A DNA stretch of 64,000 nucleotides from Clostridia bacterium. GTDB lineage: Bacteria > Bacillota > Clostridia > Christensenellales > CAG-138. Made by a program: the position numbers and the translations under genes. This document shows, piece after piece, positions 8,675-18,610 of this stretch (its first letter is position 1; the number at the start of each line of letters is the position of its first letter). The notes under the pieces were generated by a model. The model was not told where the DNA came from, did not search any database, and saw nothing but the letters and a program-made list of their open reading frames with translations. Location: assembly GCA_017619735.1 (NCBI GenBank), contig JAFZRT010000007.1, positions 14,703-78,702 of the forward strand. The letters are read 5' to 3'.

Positions 8675-9946
8675 ATGCTGTCAACACTGCTCATGATCGG
8701 GTTCGCCATGATCGGCGGACTCGCGCTTACCCGCGTTATGAAGCTCTTCAACCTTCCCAACGTCACGGGTTACCTCATCGCAGGCCTGCTCATCGGCCCC
8801 AATCTGTGGAACCTTCTGACGCCGGGCTCCTTCGGCGGGCTCATAACCGACGAGGGATTGAAGAGCCTCAACGTGATAACCACCGTCACGCTGGGCTTCA
8901 TCGCCTTCTCGATAGGCGGCGAGTTCAAGCTCGCCACCATCAAAAAGCTCGGCGGCAAGGTCATCGTGATCACGCTCGTGCAGGCGTTCACGACGGTCAT
9001 TTTCGTAATGGCCGCCATGATGTTCGTGCGGCATGACTGCGAATACTACGTGTCGAGGGCGCTGCTTCTCGGCGCCATCGCCGCCGCCACCGCGCCCGCC
9101 GCGACTCTGATGGTCGTCCGCCAGTACAAGGCGAAGGGCCCCGTCACCGAAACGCTGCTGCCCGTCGTCGCGTTCGACGACGCGGTCGGCCTCATAATAT
9201 TCTCCGTCTGCTTCTCGCTGGCGGAGGTGTTCGCCGTCGGCGGCAGCATCACCGCCGAAAAGGTCGTGCTCGAGCCCCTGCGCGAGATAGGGCTTTCGCT
9301 CCTCGTCGGCAGCGCGCTCGGCGCCGTCCTCGGCTTCATGTGCAGGTTCTTCAAATCCCGCGACAGCCGCCTTATGCTCATGGTCTGCGCGGTGATACTG
9401 GGCGTCGGGCTTTCGCAGCTCCTCGACCTTTCCAACCTGCTCGTCTGCATGATGATCGGCGCGGTGTTCGCAAACATGCGCATCGACTCCGTCCACATAC
9501 TCACCCACTGCGAAAAATGGACGCCCCCGCTCTTCATGCTCTTCTTCGTGATATCCGGCGCCGATCTCAAGCTCGAGATACTGCCCAAGGTCGGCCTCGC
9601 GGGGTTCATCTACGTCATCGTCCGCGCGGCAGGCAAATACACCGGCGCATTCACCGGCGCCGCCATCGTCAGGTCGGAAAAGACCGTGCGCGATTATCTG
9701 GGCCTCACGCTCCTGCCCCAGGCGGGCGTCGCGATAGGTATGGCGCAGATGGTCGCCGCCTCGGGCGATCTTGCCGTAGTGGCGGATCAGGTCGTCACCG
9801 TGGTCCTCTTCGCGACCCTCATCTACGAGCTCACCGGCCCGATCATCACGAAGGCCGCGCTCTCCGCCGCGGGCGAGATAGACAAGACCGTGAGCACCCA
9901 GAGAAGGCCTCTCGCCATGCTCTTCAAAAAGAAACGCTCGACGTGA
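8675..9946 (+). CDS. Cation:proton antiporter (CPA2 / Na+/H+ exchanger family), membrane domain only
   Basis: About 12 TM helices. N-terminal LPNVTGYLIAGLLIGP is typical of KefB/NapA-type exchangers. No RCK/TrkA domain is present. Confidence 0.85.
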   Translation: MLSTLLMIGFAMIGGLALTRVMKLFNLPNVTGYLIAGLLIGPNLWNLLTPGSFGGLITDEGLKSLNVITTVTLGFIAFSIGGEFKLATIKKLGGKVIVITLVQAFTTVIFVMAAMMFVRHDCEYYVSRALLLGAIAAATAPAATLMVVRQYKAKGPVTETLLPVVAFDDAVGLIIFSVCFSLAEVFAVGGSITAEKVVLEPLREIGLSLLVGSALGAVLGFMCRFFKSRDSRLMLMVCAVILGVGLSQLLDLSNLLVCMMIGAVFANMRIDSVHILTHCEKWTPPLFMLFFVISGADLKLEILPKVGLAGFIYVIVRAAGKYTGAFTGAAIVRSEKTVRDYLGLTLLPQAGVAIGMAQMVAASGDLAVVADQVVTVVLFATLIYELTGPIITKAALSAAGEIDKTVSTQRRPLAMLFKKKRST

Positions 9947-9987
9947 TAAAAGCCGAAAGCCGGGAAAAGCGCTTCCCGGCTTTTTTA

Positions 9988-10467
9988 TTACCCGCCGTAT
10001 TTTTCAGCGAGCGCGTCCGTCCACCAGTCGGGCGGCGACTCCGTTATCGAAAAGGTCTTCAGCGTGCCGTCGTCGGGGAAGAGCAGTACCGGTATCGGCC
10101 CGCGCGAGACGCCCGGCTCGATGCGGACGTACAGCAGCAGGCAGGGCGTATAGCCCTCCGCCGTTACGACGACGGTCGCCCTTCCGATGCCGGAGGGCAG
10201 GAGCTTTTCGTACTCGCCGTCGGGGATCACGGGCAGACGGATCTCGCAGGTGGCGCCGTCCGCGCCGGTATAGAACACCCCGCCCGTTTCGGGCACGCAT
10301 ACCCGCGCCCCGGGGATGGGGGCGTCGGTGAAGCCGTCGGCCACACTGACCGTGACAGAGCCGGTCGGATCGGCGGCGTTTTCCGGCGCGCGGCATGACG
10401 CGGGAACTGCGCAAAGCAGCGCCGCGAGAGCAGGTATCAGCAATTTCGCGAAGTTTTTTATGCACAT
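9988..10467 (-). CDS. Putative lipoprotein with a carboxypeptidase-regulatory-like beta-sandwich
   Basis: Start set at MCIKNFAKLLIPALAALLCAVPASC (lipobox). The rest resembles a CarboxypepD_reg-like fold (GSVTVSVADGFTDAPIPGARV). Confidence 0.5.
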   Translation of the reverse strand: MCIKNFAKLLIPALAALLCAVPASCRAPENAADPTGSVTVSVADGFTDAPIPGARVCVPETGGVFYTGADGATCEIRLPVIPDGEYEKLLPSGIGRATVVVTAEGYTPCLLLYVRIEPGVSRGPIPVLLFPDDGTLKTFSITESPPDWWTDALAEKYGG

Positions 10468-10553
10468 ATTCGATCTTATGCGCAAATACCCGTACAAAAA
10501 CACCGCAAGCTGTGTTATAATAACGTCAAATACCCGTAAAGGAGCTTTTTGAT

Positions 10554-11924
10554 ATGCGCATCAGCATCGACTATACCAACATGTTCTCCTCCGCCGTCGG
10601 CGCTCACGGCATCGACAGGGCGGAGTTCGCCTCCCGCGCGGCGGCCGCTTCCGGATACATCGCCTCCCTCAGGGCCAAGAGGGATACAATAAGGTGGCGC
10701 GATCTGCCCTATAACCAGGCCGGGATCGTGAAGGAGATAAAGGCCGTCGCCGAAGACGTCAGGAGCAGGGCGGAAAGCTTCGTCGTGCTCGGCATCGGCG
10801 GCAGCGCATTGGGTCCCATCGCCGTTCAGCAGGCGCTCAATCATCCCCGCTGGAACGAGCTCCCGCGCGAAAAGCGGAACGGCCCCAAGCTCTACGTCGA
10901 GGACAATATCGATCCCGAGCGCATGGCGGCGCTCTTCGACGTGATCGATCCCGAAACGACGGTGTTCAACGTCATCACCAAGTCCGGCTCCACCTCCGAG
11001 ACAATGGCGCAGCTTCTGACCGTCATGCGCACGCTGCTCGACCTCTACGGCGAGGAGAAGCTGAAGGACCGCCTCATTGCCACCACCGACCGCGAGAAGG
11101 GCAACCTCATCGGCATCGCAAGGAAATACGGCCTCACGACCTTCTACGTTCCGGAGGGAGTCGGCGGCAGGTTCTCCGAGCTCTGCCCCGTCGGGCTCCT
11201 GCCCGCGGCGGTATGCGGCGTCGACATCGAGGAGATGCTGAATGGCGCGGCGCTGATGGATGAGCTCTGCGACAGCGACGAGGTCGAGAAGAACCCCGCG
11301 CTCATGTACGCTCTGCTCGAGACCTGCGCCATGGAAAATGGCGCGAATATCGGCGTTATGATGCCCTATGCGGATTCGCTCAAATACTTCTCCGACTGGT
11401 ATGCGCAGCTCTGGGCGGAGTCCCTCGGCAAGAAGGCGGGGGAGGCACGCTTCGGCCAGACGCCTGTAAAGGCGCTCGGCGTCACGGATCAGCATTCGCA
11501 GGTGCAGCTCTACACCGACGGCCCCTTCGACAAGACGGTCACGTTCCTCGGCGTGGAGAGATACCGCAATGAGTTCACGATCCCCCATGCCGTTGACGAG
11601 AACCCGAACGTCGCGTTCCTCTCCGGCCACAGCTTCAACGAGCTCATTTCCGCGGAGCGCCGCGCGACGGAGCACGCCGTCACCGTGAGCGGCCACATGA
11701 ACAAGACGATAATACTGCCGGAGGTCAACGCATCGACGGTGGGTCAGCTCATAATGCTGCTGGAGCTCGCGACCGCCTACGCGGGCGAGATACTCGGCAT
11801 CAACGCCTACGATCAGCCCGGCGTGGAGGAGGGCAAGAACATGACGTACGCCCTGCTCGGCAAGAAGGGCTACGAGGCGAAGCTCGAAGAGATTAAGGAA
11901 AACGCCGACAGACTGACCGTCTGA
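10554..11924 (+). CDS. pgi: Glucose-6-phosphate isomerase
   Basis: Short Firmicute-type PGI of 456 aa: VVLGIGGSALGP, ITKSGSTSET, GGRFSELCPVGLLP, DQHSQVQLYTDGP. Confidence 0.95.
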   Translation: MRISIDYTNMFSSAVGAHGIDRAEFASRAAAASGYIASLRAKRDTIRWRDLPYNQAGIVKEIKAVAEDVRSRAESFVVLGIGGSALGPIAVQQALNHPRWNELPREKRNGPKLYVEDNIDPERMAALFDVIDPETTVFNVITKSGSTSETMAQLLTVMRTLLDLYGEEKLKDRLIATTDREKGNLIGIARKYGLTTFYVPEGVGGRFSELCPVGLLPAAVCGVDIEEMLNGAALMDELCDSDEVEKNPALMYALLETCAMENGANIGVMMPYADSLKYFSDWYAQLWAESLGKKAGEARFGQTPVKALGVTDQHSQVQLYTDGPFDKTVTFLGVERYRNEFTIPHAVDENPNVAFLSGHSFNELISAERRATEHAVTVSGHMNKTIILPEVNASTVGQLIMLLELATAYAGEILGINAYDQPGVEEGKNMTYALLGKKGYEAKLEEIKENADRLTV

Positions 11925-11947
11925 CACGCTTCTGAAAGGAAAGCCGA

Positions 11948-13156
11948 TTGAGCTTATACGATAAAAAGGACTTAAAGAGCATAGACTGGTTCACGGTGCT
12001 CCTCGTGTTCGCGCTCGTGGGCTTCGGTCTCGTCGCGCTCGCGTCGGTCCTCGCCACTCCCTTCGACGGGACGGAGCAGGGCTTCCGCGATATTCTGGCG
12101 CGCCTCAATCTCGACTACGTCCAGAGGCAGGCGATAAACTTCCTCGTCGGTCTCGCCGCGATGATTGTCGTGATGCTCTTCGATTACAATATCTTCAAGC
12201 CCCTCATACCGTACGCGTACATCGGCATCGTCGGCCTGCTTGCGCTGCTCTTCCTGTTCGGCAAGGTCAGGGGCGGCGCGCAGGGCTGGTTCGTATTCGA
12301 CAGCATCCAGAGGAACATACAGCCCGCCGAGCTTTCGAAGGTCGCGGTGATAGTCATGGTGTCGAAGGCCGCCGCCAAGGCGATGGATACCGACGGCCGG
12401 CTGCTAAAGGTCAAGGACATCGCGCTCGCCGTCGCCTACACCATGATACCCTTCGTGCTGATAGCGCTGCAGCCGGACTTCGGCAGCGCATTCGTGCTCA
12501 TAATCATACTCGCGTTCATAGTCTTTGCCGCGAGGATAAAATGGATCTGGATCGCCGGCGCCGCAGTCGCGCTCGGCACCGCGCTGCCGCTCATGTATTT
12601 CTTCGTGCTGACCGGCAGACAGAAGGAGAGGATAATCTCCTTCCTCAATCCCGAATACGATCTTCTCGGCGCGGGCTATCAGGTCTCCAAATCGAAGGTC
12701 GTCATCGGCTCCGGCCGCCTCATGGGCAAGGGCTTCTTCTCGACGGGCACGCTCGCGCAGCTCAAATACGTCCCGGAGAGGCATACCGACTTCATCTACA
12801 GCGGCATAGTGGAGGGCGTCGGCTTCGTCGGCGGCGCGATACTCATCGCCGCGTTCTTCCTGCTCGCGTTCCGCTGGCTCTATATCGCCGGCAAATCGAG
12901 GGACAATTTCGGCATGCTGCTCGCCGTCGGCGTGACGGGCATGCTCATAGCCCACGTTTTCGAGAATATCGGCATGACGATCGGACTAATGCCCATGACG
13001 GGCATACCGCTTCCGTTCGTATCATACGGCGGCTCCAACATGCTGACGAACATGATCGGCGTCGGCATAGTGCTCAACGTGTACATGCGGCATCCCGTCA
13101 AAAAGAAACGGCGCCGGGGCCGCTCAAAGGAGAAGGACGAGGTGCTCCTCGGCTGA
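11948..13156 (+). CDS. rodA: FtsW/RodA/SpoVE family peptidoglycan glycosyltransferase, RodA-like
   Basis: TTG start. IQPAELSKV, GYQVSKSKVVIGSGRLMGKGF and PERHTDFIY (RodA-type PERHTDF) motifs. About 10 TM helices. Confidence 0.8.
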   Translation: MSLYDKKDLKSIDWFTVLLVFALVGFGLVALASVLATPFDGTEQGFRDILARLNLDYVQRQAINFLVGLAAMIVVMLFDYNIFKPLIPYAYIGIVGLLALLFLFGKVRGGAQGWFVFDSIQRNIQPAELSKVAVIVMVSKAAAKAMDTDGRLLKVKDIALAVAYTMIPFVLIALQPDFGSAFVLIIILAFIVFAARIKWIWIAGAAVALGTALPLMYFFVLTGRQKERIISFLNPEYDLLGAGYQVSKSKVVIGSGRLMGKGFFSTGTLAQLKYVPERHTDFIYSGIVEGVGFVGGAILIAAFFLLAFRWLYIAGKSRDNFGMLLAVGVTGMLIAHVFENIGMTIGLMPMTGIPLPFVSYGGSNMLTNMIGVGIVLNVYMRHPVKKKRRRGRSKEKDEVLLG

Positions 13157-13278
13157 ACGGCGGCGAAGCAAAGCATTATCGGAGGGGGGAAGCGCCGCGC
13201 TTTCCCCTTTTTTGTAAGGTCGGGCGAAAAACGTTGTCTTATAGGGTGAAGGTACCTTTATGAAAGGAGGAACGGCTG

Positions 13279-13836
13279 ATGAACGACGTCGATATTATCG
13301 GGCTGTTCTTCAAACGCGACGAGCGCGCGCTGAGCGAGGTCAGCGCCAAGTACGGCGCCTACTGCTTCACCGTGGCGAAAAACATACTCGGCGTCCCCGC
13401 TGACGCCGAGGAGTGCGTGAGCTCCGCGCTGTTCAAGGCGTGGGAGACGATACCGCCAAAGCGCCCCGAGAAGCTCCGTCTGTATCTTGCCAGGATAACG
13501 CGCAGCGTCGCCTTCAACCGCTTCAGGGAGATGAACCGACAGAAGCGCGGGGGAGGGGAAGCGGCGCTCGTGCTCGACGAGCTCGCCGAGATCGTCCCCG
13601 CGGAGGGCGGAGCCGCTTCGGAAGCGGAGTACAGGGAGCTGAAGGCCGCGGTCAACGCGTTCCTCCGCGCCCTTCCCGAAAGGGAGCGCCGCATTTTCGT
13701 CGCACGCGTGTTCCGCGCGGAGCCGGTAAAGGCCATCGCGCGCGGGCTCGGCATGACGGAAGGAGCCGTTATGACATCCCTCAGCCGCACCCGCAAAAAG
13801 CTCAGGCAAAAGCTGATCGACGAGGAGATAATATGA
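13279..13836 (+). CDS. ECF-type sigma-70 family RNA polymerase sigma factor
   Basis: Region 2 (FKAWETIPPKRPEKLRLYLARITRSVAFNRFRE) and region 4 HTH (AIARGLGMTEGAVMTSLSRTRKKLR). Confidence 0.85.
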   Translation: MNDVDIIGLFFKRDERALSEVSAKYGAYCFTVAKNILGVPADAEECVSSALFKAWETIPPKRPEKLRLYLARITRSVAFNRFREMNRQKRGGGEAALVLDELAEIVPAEGGAASEAEYRELKAAVNAFLRALPERERRIFVARVFRAEPVKAIARGLGMTEGAVMTSLSRTRKKLRQKLIDEEII

Positions 13837-14618
13837 ACAACGAAGATATTTTCCGCGCTGTCGGGGAAGCCGACGACGCAGTGCTCGATGAAGAAAAGGT
13901 GAAAAGGAACAACTCTTTCCGCCGCATAGCCGGCATGGCCGCCGCTCTGCTCGCGGTCGGCGCGGCGGTGCTGATCGCCGTAAATCCGTGGAACAAAGAG
14001 AAACAAACGTCCACGGATTGGCGGCCCGTCATGTCGAACGAGACCGGAGCCACGCCGGAGCCGTTCGTCGTAAAAGCGCCGATGCCCGAGCCGGACGCGA
14101 CGCCCAACCCCGAATGGTTCGCGGAAGCCGACTATAAGCCGTTCAAAAACGCTCAGGAGCTCGCGGATAAGGCCGATATCATAGTCCGCGCGCAGATATA
14201 CGGAGAGGGCTCCGTGATGGCGCAGACCCGGTTCGAGTTCGACGAGAACGGAGATCCCATTCCGGACGAGAGCAGTATGGAGCCGCGCACGCTGTACGAA
14301 TTCAGCATCGTGGAGGTATTCAAGGGCGGAAACGAGGCCTTGAAGCTCGACCGCTTCATGACGCAGGGCTGCAGCTTCCTTTTCTCGGATTACTACCTGT
14401 GCTGTCCCCCCGCGCCGGATATCGACTGCGGGGAATACATACTCTTCCTGTACAAGCCGGAGATCGGCTCCCAATGGCTCTGGGACAACTGCGCGATGAT
14501 GGTCGGCTTCCTCGGCGACGAGGTCAAAGTCAGTTATTCGGCCATGGGCAATCCGGTCATCGAAAGCCGCTTCGAAGAGCTCACGTACGCCTGGCTCGAG
14601 GGAATGAGAGACCGGTGA
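13833..14618 (+). CDS. Membrane-anchored protein coupled to the sigma factor; putative anti-sigma or partner protein
   Basis: The ATG overlaps the sigma stop (ATGA). Short cytoplasmic N-terminus, one TM helix (IAGMAAALLAVGAAVLIAV) and a Cys-containing extracytoplasmic domain. No zf-HC2 motif is present. Confidence 0.5.
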   Translation: MNNEDIFRAVGEADDAVLDEEKVKRNNSFRRIAGMAAALLAVGAAVLIAVNPWNKEKQTSTDWRPVMSNETGATPEPFVVKAPMPEPDATPNPEWFAEADYKPFKNAQELADKADIIVRAQIYGEGSVMAQTRFEFDENGDPIPDESSMEPRTLYEFSIVEVFKGGNEALKLDRFMTQGCSFLFSDYYLCCPPAPDIDCGEYILFLYKPEIGSQWLWDNCAMMVGFLGDEVKVSYSAMGNPVIESRFEELTYAWLEGMRDR

Positions 14619-14703
14619 ACGCCGCCGCGCACGCGTCCGTCCCATATGGACGGGCGCTTTTGTATTACAAATAAATATATCCCTTTTTTTGCCGCGAAAA
14701 CGG

Positions 14704-14731
14704 TTGAATGATCTTTCCTTTGTGGTATAAT
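14704..14731 (+). promoter_or_regulatory. Sigma-A-type promoter of serC-serA
   Basis: TTGAAT, 16 nt, TATAAT, with a TGG extended -10 element. Confidence 0.55.
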
Positions 14732-14781
14732 CCAATTAGAAAAATATGCTTGCGAAGCAAGCGAGATAAAGGAGTATCAAT

Positions 14782-15879
14782 ATGGCATACGATCGTATCT
14801 ACAACTTCTCCGCCGGCCCCTCCATTCTCCCCGAGAAGGTCCTTGAGGGCATTCGTGACAACCTCATGAACTACGAAGGCTCCGGCATGTGCGTCATGGA
14901 GATGAGCCACCGCTCGAAGGTCTTCCAGAAGATCATCGACGAGGCAGAGCAGGATCTCCGCGATCTCATGAATATCCCCGATAACTACAAGGTAATGTTC
15001 ATCCAGGGCGGCGCGACGCTCCAGTTTGCCATGATCCCCATGAACCTCATGAAGAACGGCGTCGCCGACTACATCGTCACCGGCAACTGGTCCAAGAAGG
15101 CCTATGCCGAGGCGAAGAAGTACGGCAAGATCAACCTTGTCGCCACCTCCGAGGACCGCAACTACAGCTATATCCCCGATTGCTCCGATCTGCCCATCAG
15201 CGAGGACGCCGATTACGTCTACATCTGCGAGAATGAGACCATCCACGGCACCACCTATCAGCAGCTCCCCAACACCAAGGGCAAGATCCTCGTCTCCGAC
15301 CAGAGCTCCATGTTCCTCTCCAAGCCCTGCAACGTGTCCGATTACGGCATGATCTACGGCGGCGTTCAGAAGAACATCGGCCCCGCCGGCATGGTCATCG
15401 TCATCATGCGTGAGGATCTCATCCGCGACAGCTCCGAGCTTCCCTCCTGGGTTCCTACCTACATGAGCTATCAGACCCACGCGGCCAACAACTCCCTCTA
15501 CAACACCCCCAACTGCTGGTCCATCTACGTCTGCGGTCAGGTCTTCAAGTATCTGAAGAGCATCGGCGGTCTCGAGGTCATGGCCAAGATGAACGAGCAT
15601 AAGGCCAAGATCCTCTACGACTTCCTCGATCAGTCCAAGCTCTTCAAGGGCACCGTAGAGCCCGAGTTCCGCTCCCTTATGAACGTTCCCTTCGTCACTC
15701 CCACCAAGGAGCAGGACGCCGACGTCGTCGCCGCCACCAAGGCAGCGGGCTTCGACAACCTGAAGGGTCATAAGTCCGTGGGCGGCCTCCGCGCCTCCAT
15801 CTACAACGCCATGCCCGAAGAGGGCGTCGTTGCGCTCGTCGACTTCCTCAAGAAGTACGAAGCCGAGCATCTTGCGTGA
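14782..15879 (+). CDS. serC: 3-phosphoserine/phosphohydroxythreonine aminotransferase
   Basis: YNFSAGPSILPEKVLE N-terminus, HRSKVF, GGVQKNIGPAG (PLP Lys context), 365 aa. Confidence 0.95.
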   Translation: MAYDRIYNFSAGPSILPEKVLEGIRDNLMNYEGSGMCVMEMSHRSKVFQKIIDEAEQDLRDLMNIPDNYKVMFIQGGATLQFAMIPMNLMKNGVADYIVTGNWSKKAYAEAKKYGKINLVATSEDRNYSYIPDCSDLPISEDADYVYICENETIHGTTYQQLPNTKGKILVSDQSSMFLSKPCNVSDYGMIYGGVQKNIGPAGMVIVIMREDLIRDSSELPSWVPTYMSYQTHAANNSLYNTPNCWSIYVCGQVFKYLKSIGGLEVMAKMNEHKAKILYDFLDQSKLFKGTVEPEFRSLMNVPFVTPTKEQDADVVAATKAAGFDNLKGHKSVGGLRASIYNAMPEEGVVALVDFLKKYEAEHLA

Positions 15880-15918
15880 TCGGCAATCAGCAATAATATT
15901 GAAGGAGAATTAAGAATC

Positions 15919-16836
15919 ATGCGTATTTTAGCATCCGACGGTATGGAAAAAGGCGCCATCGCCAAGCTTCGTGAGCAGGGCCATGAGGTAGTGGTCCCCG
16001 AGACGACCCCCACCCCCGATGAGCTTTGTCAGCTCGTCAAGGAGTTCGACGTTCTCGTAGTCCGCTCCGCGACCAAGGTCCGCGTACCCGCCATCGATTC
16101 CGCTGCCGAAGCCGGCAGGCTCAAGCTCATCATCCGCGGCGGCGTGGGCATCGACAACATCGACCACAAGTATGCCGAGGAAAAGGGCATCGCCGTTAAG
16201 AACACTCCCCGCGCTTCCTCCGACGCAGTCGCGGAGCTCGCGCTCGCTCATATGCTCTCCTGCGCCCGCTTCGTCTCCGCAGCCGGTCATTCCATGCGTG
16301 AGAACAAGTGGGAGAAGAAGGCCTATGCCAAGGGCATCGAGCTCGCCGGCAAGACCCTCGGCGTCATCGGCTACGGCCGCATCGGTCAGAGCCTCGGCCG
16401 CAAGGCGCAGGCCCTCGGCATGAAGGTCCTGGCTTACGACGTATTCCACGTTGAGGGCATCGAGAACGAGAACATGAAGTACGCCGAAATGGACGAGGTG
16501 CTCGCCAACTCCGATTTCATCAGCCTCCACGTTCCCTCCCTTCCCGGCCAGCCCCTCATCAATGAGGAGACCATCGCCAAGATGAAGGACGGCGTCAACA
16601 TCATCAACACCAGCCGCGGCACCAACATCGACGAGGCGGCTCTGCTCGCCGCGCTCGAGTCCGGCAAGGTCCGCGCCGCGGGTCTCGACGTTTGGGCGGA
16701 GGAGCCCTCCAAGAACGAGGCGCTCTACAACCATCCCATGGTCAGCTGCACTCCTCACATCGGCGCTTCCACCGTTGAGGCGCAGAAGCGCATCGGCGCG
16801 GAGATCGTCGACATCATCGGCAAGTTCTTCGCGTAA
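15919..16836 (+). CDS. serA: D-3-phosphoglycerate dehydrogenase (short form, no ACT domain)
   Basis: 2-hydroxyacid dehydrogenase fold (GVIGYGRIGQ, SLHVP, NTSRG, LDVW, TPHIGAST). It lies directly downstream of serC. Confidence 0.85.
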   Translation: MRILASDGMEKGAIAKLREQGHEVVVPETTPTPDELCQLVKEFDVLVVRSATKVRVPAIDSAAEAGRLKLIIRGGVGIDNIDHKYAEEKGIAVKNTPRASSDAVAELALAHMLSCARFVSAAGHSMRENKWEKKAYAKGIELAGKTLGVIGYGRIGQSLGRKAQALGMKVLAYDVFHVEGIENENMKYAEMDEVLANSDFISLHVPSLPGQPLINEETIAKMKDGVNIINTSRGTNIDEAALLAALESGKVRAAGLDVWAEEPSKNEALYNHPMVSCTPHIGASTVEAQKRIGAEIVDIIGKFFA

Positions 16837-16854
16837 TGACCGCAAAATGAACAA

Positions 16855-16893
16855 CGGGACCGCTCCAAACGCACGGGGCGGCCCCTGTTTTTT
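16855..16893 (+). terminator. Intrinsic terminator after serA
   Basis: Stem GGGACCGC / GCGGCCCC (one mismatch) followed by TGTTTTTTT. Confidence 0.6.
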
Positions 16894-16951
16894 TGAAAAA
16901 AAGACCGATCCGCTGTAACGAAAAGGCGATTTCCGTCATTAACATACGAGC

Positions 16952-17452
16952 ATGAACGAAAGGAGAGGGGCCATGAGGGAAATGGACGAGGTCTACAAGC
17001 GATATGCGAAGACCGTCTATCGGTATCTCCTGACCCTCACCCGAGACCCGGACACCGCAGAGGAGCTCACGCAGGAGACTTTCTATCAGGCGATACGCTC
17101 CGCGGACCGATTCGACGGCAGCTCCTCCGTTTCGACATGGCTCTGCGCTATCGCGAAGCGCGTCCGCCTTGCCCACTTGAGAAAGCACCCGCCCCATGAG
17201 GATATCGACTCCGTGACTCTGCCCTGCGGCTCCGCGGAGGAGGACCTTATCAAAAAGGAGGAGCGGATGGAGCTCATGAAAAAGCTCCATTCCGTGAAGG
17301 AGCCCGCGCGCGAGGTCATGTACCTCCGGGCGTTCGGCGGTCTCTCCTTCCGTGAGATAGGGGAGATACTCGGCAAAACGGAGAACTGGGCAAGGGTAAC
17401 GTATTTCAGGGGCAAGGAAAGCATCAGAAAGGAGACGGAAACGAATGAGTAA
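16952..17452 (+). CDS. ECF-type sigma-70 family RNA polymerase sigma factor
   Basis: Region 2 (AEELTQETFYQAIRSADRFDGSSSVSTWLCAIAKR) and region 4 (LSFREIGEILGKTENWARVTYFRGKESI). An alternative start exists at 16973. Confidence 0.85.
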   Translation: MNERRGAMREMDEVYKRYAKTVYRYLLTLTRDPDTAEELTQETFYQAIRSADRFDGSSSVSTWLCAIAKRVRLAHLRKHPPHEDIDSVTLPCGSAEEDLIKKEERMELMKKLHSVKEPAREVMYLRAFGGLSFREIGEILGKTENWARVTYFRGKESIRKETETNE

Positions 17453-18593
17453 ACTCCCGTGCGGGGTCGTGCGCGACCTGCTGCCGTCCTATATCGACGG
17501 ATTGACCAACGAGGAGACGGACGCCCTTATAGAGGAGCACGCCGCCTCCTGCGCGGAATGCCGCCGCATGATCGACTCCCTGCGCGAGCCGGAGGTCAAC
17601 AGTCGGGAAGAGGAGACGGCGGAGATCGATTTCCTCAAAAAGAACAAAAGAAAAACGGTAAAAACAGCCGTTGCAGCCGCGTGCATAGCGGCGGCGGTCG
17701 CCGCCGTTGCGGTGCTGCTCAAGCTCTTCGTCATAGGACGGGACGCCGGATACGAAAAGCTGCGCTCCTTCGTCGACGTGGACGGGAGCCGGCTGTTCGT
17801 GACAGCGGAGGCGGCGGATAAGGACCGCGCCGTATCGCGGCTCGACGTGAGCGAAAAGGAGGGTGATGTCGTCGTGTCGGTAAGGACTGTAGTAAAAAGC
17901 TTTCTCCACAGAGGAAAGCTCGAAAGGACCTTCGAGGCTCCGTCCGAGATAGGATCCGTTACCGTCAACGGACGCCGCGTCTATGAAAACGGAGGGTATA
18001 CCGCGGCCTTCTCCGAGGCGATGAAGCAGGAGGTCATTGCGAACTGGAAGAGGTATCTCGACCTTCCCGAGATCGAGCGCACGCTTTGGAGCACCATGCC
18101 CGGGTACGTGTACAGGAGCTTCGAAACATGGCAGGACGCTTCGGACTTCGTCGGCTTCAATATCGGGAACCCGCTCGAAAACGACCCGGATTTCGTCGGC
18201 GTCGACCACAGGGACTATCCCGGTCAGGTCAAGCCGTACACCGCGCATCTGGCGTGGTACGGCGACCGCAGCGGAGACATAAGCTACGTCTCGCTTGAAA
18301 AGTTCTACAAGTACGGCGATCTCTCGGTGCAGTTCTGCGCGGAGCCTGTATGCGCCAAGCAGGGCGTTGACGACGGTCTCGTGCCGATCTGTTCCACGTT
18401 CGGCGACGATATACCGGAAGGCATAGTCACAAGCAGGGATTCGGGAGAGCACTTCAGCGCCGCGAACGTGATATTCATGTCGGACGGCGTGCGCTACTGC
18501 ATACGCATCATCGACAACGTGGGGAGCGATCCCTCCGTGCTCGAAGCCGCGATAGAGACTATACGGGCCGTTGCCGAGGAAATGATGAAATAG
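17445..18593 (+). CDS. Anti-sigma factor (zf-HC2 type) with a large extracytoplasmic domain
   Basis: Overlaps the sigma gene by 8 nt. N-terminal H-x3-C-x2-C motif (EEHAASCAECRRM) and a TM helix (AVAAACIAAAVAAVAVLL). Confidence 0.75.
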   Translation: MSKLPCGVVRDLLPSYIDGLTNEETDALIEEHAASCAECRRMIDSLREPEVNSREEETAEIDFLKKNKRKTVKTAVAAACIAAAVAAVAVLLKLFVIGRDAGYEKLRSFVDVDGSRLFVTAEAADKDRAVSRLDVSEKEGDVVVSVRTVVKSFLHRGKLERTFEAPSEIGSVTVNGRRVYENGGYTAAFSEAMKQEVIANWKRYLDLPEIERTLWSTMPGYVYRSFETWQDASDFVGFNIGNPLENDPDFVGVDHRDYPGQVKPYTAHLAWYGDRSGDISYVSLEKFYKYGDLSVQFCAEPVCAKQGVDDGLVPICSTFGDDIPEGIVTSRDSGEHFSAANVIFMSDGVRYCIRIIDNVGSDPSVLEAAIETIRAVAEEMMK

Positions 18594-18610
18594 CCGGACA
18601 AAAGCAAAAG

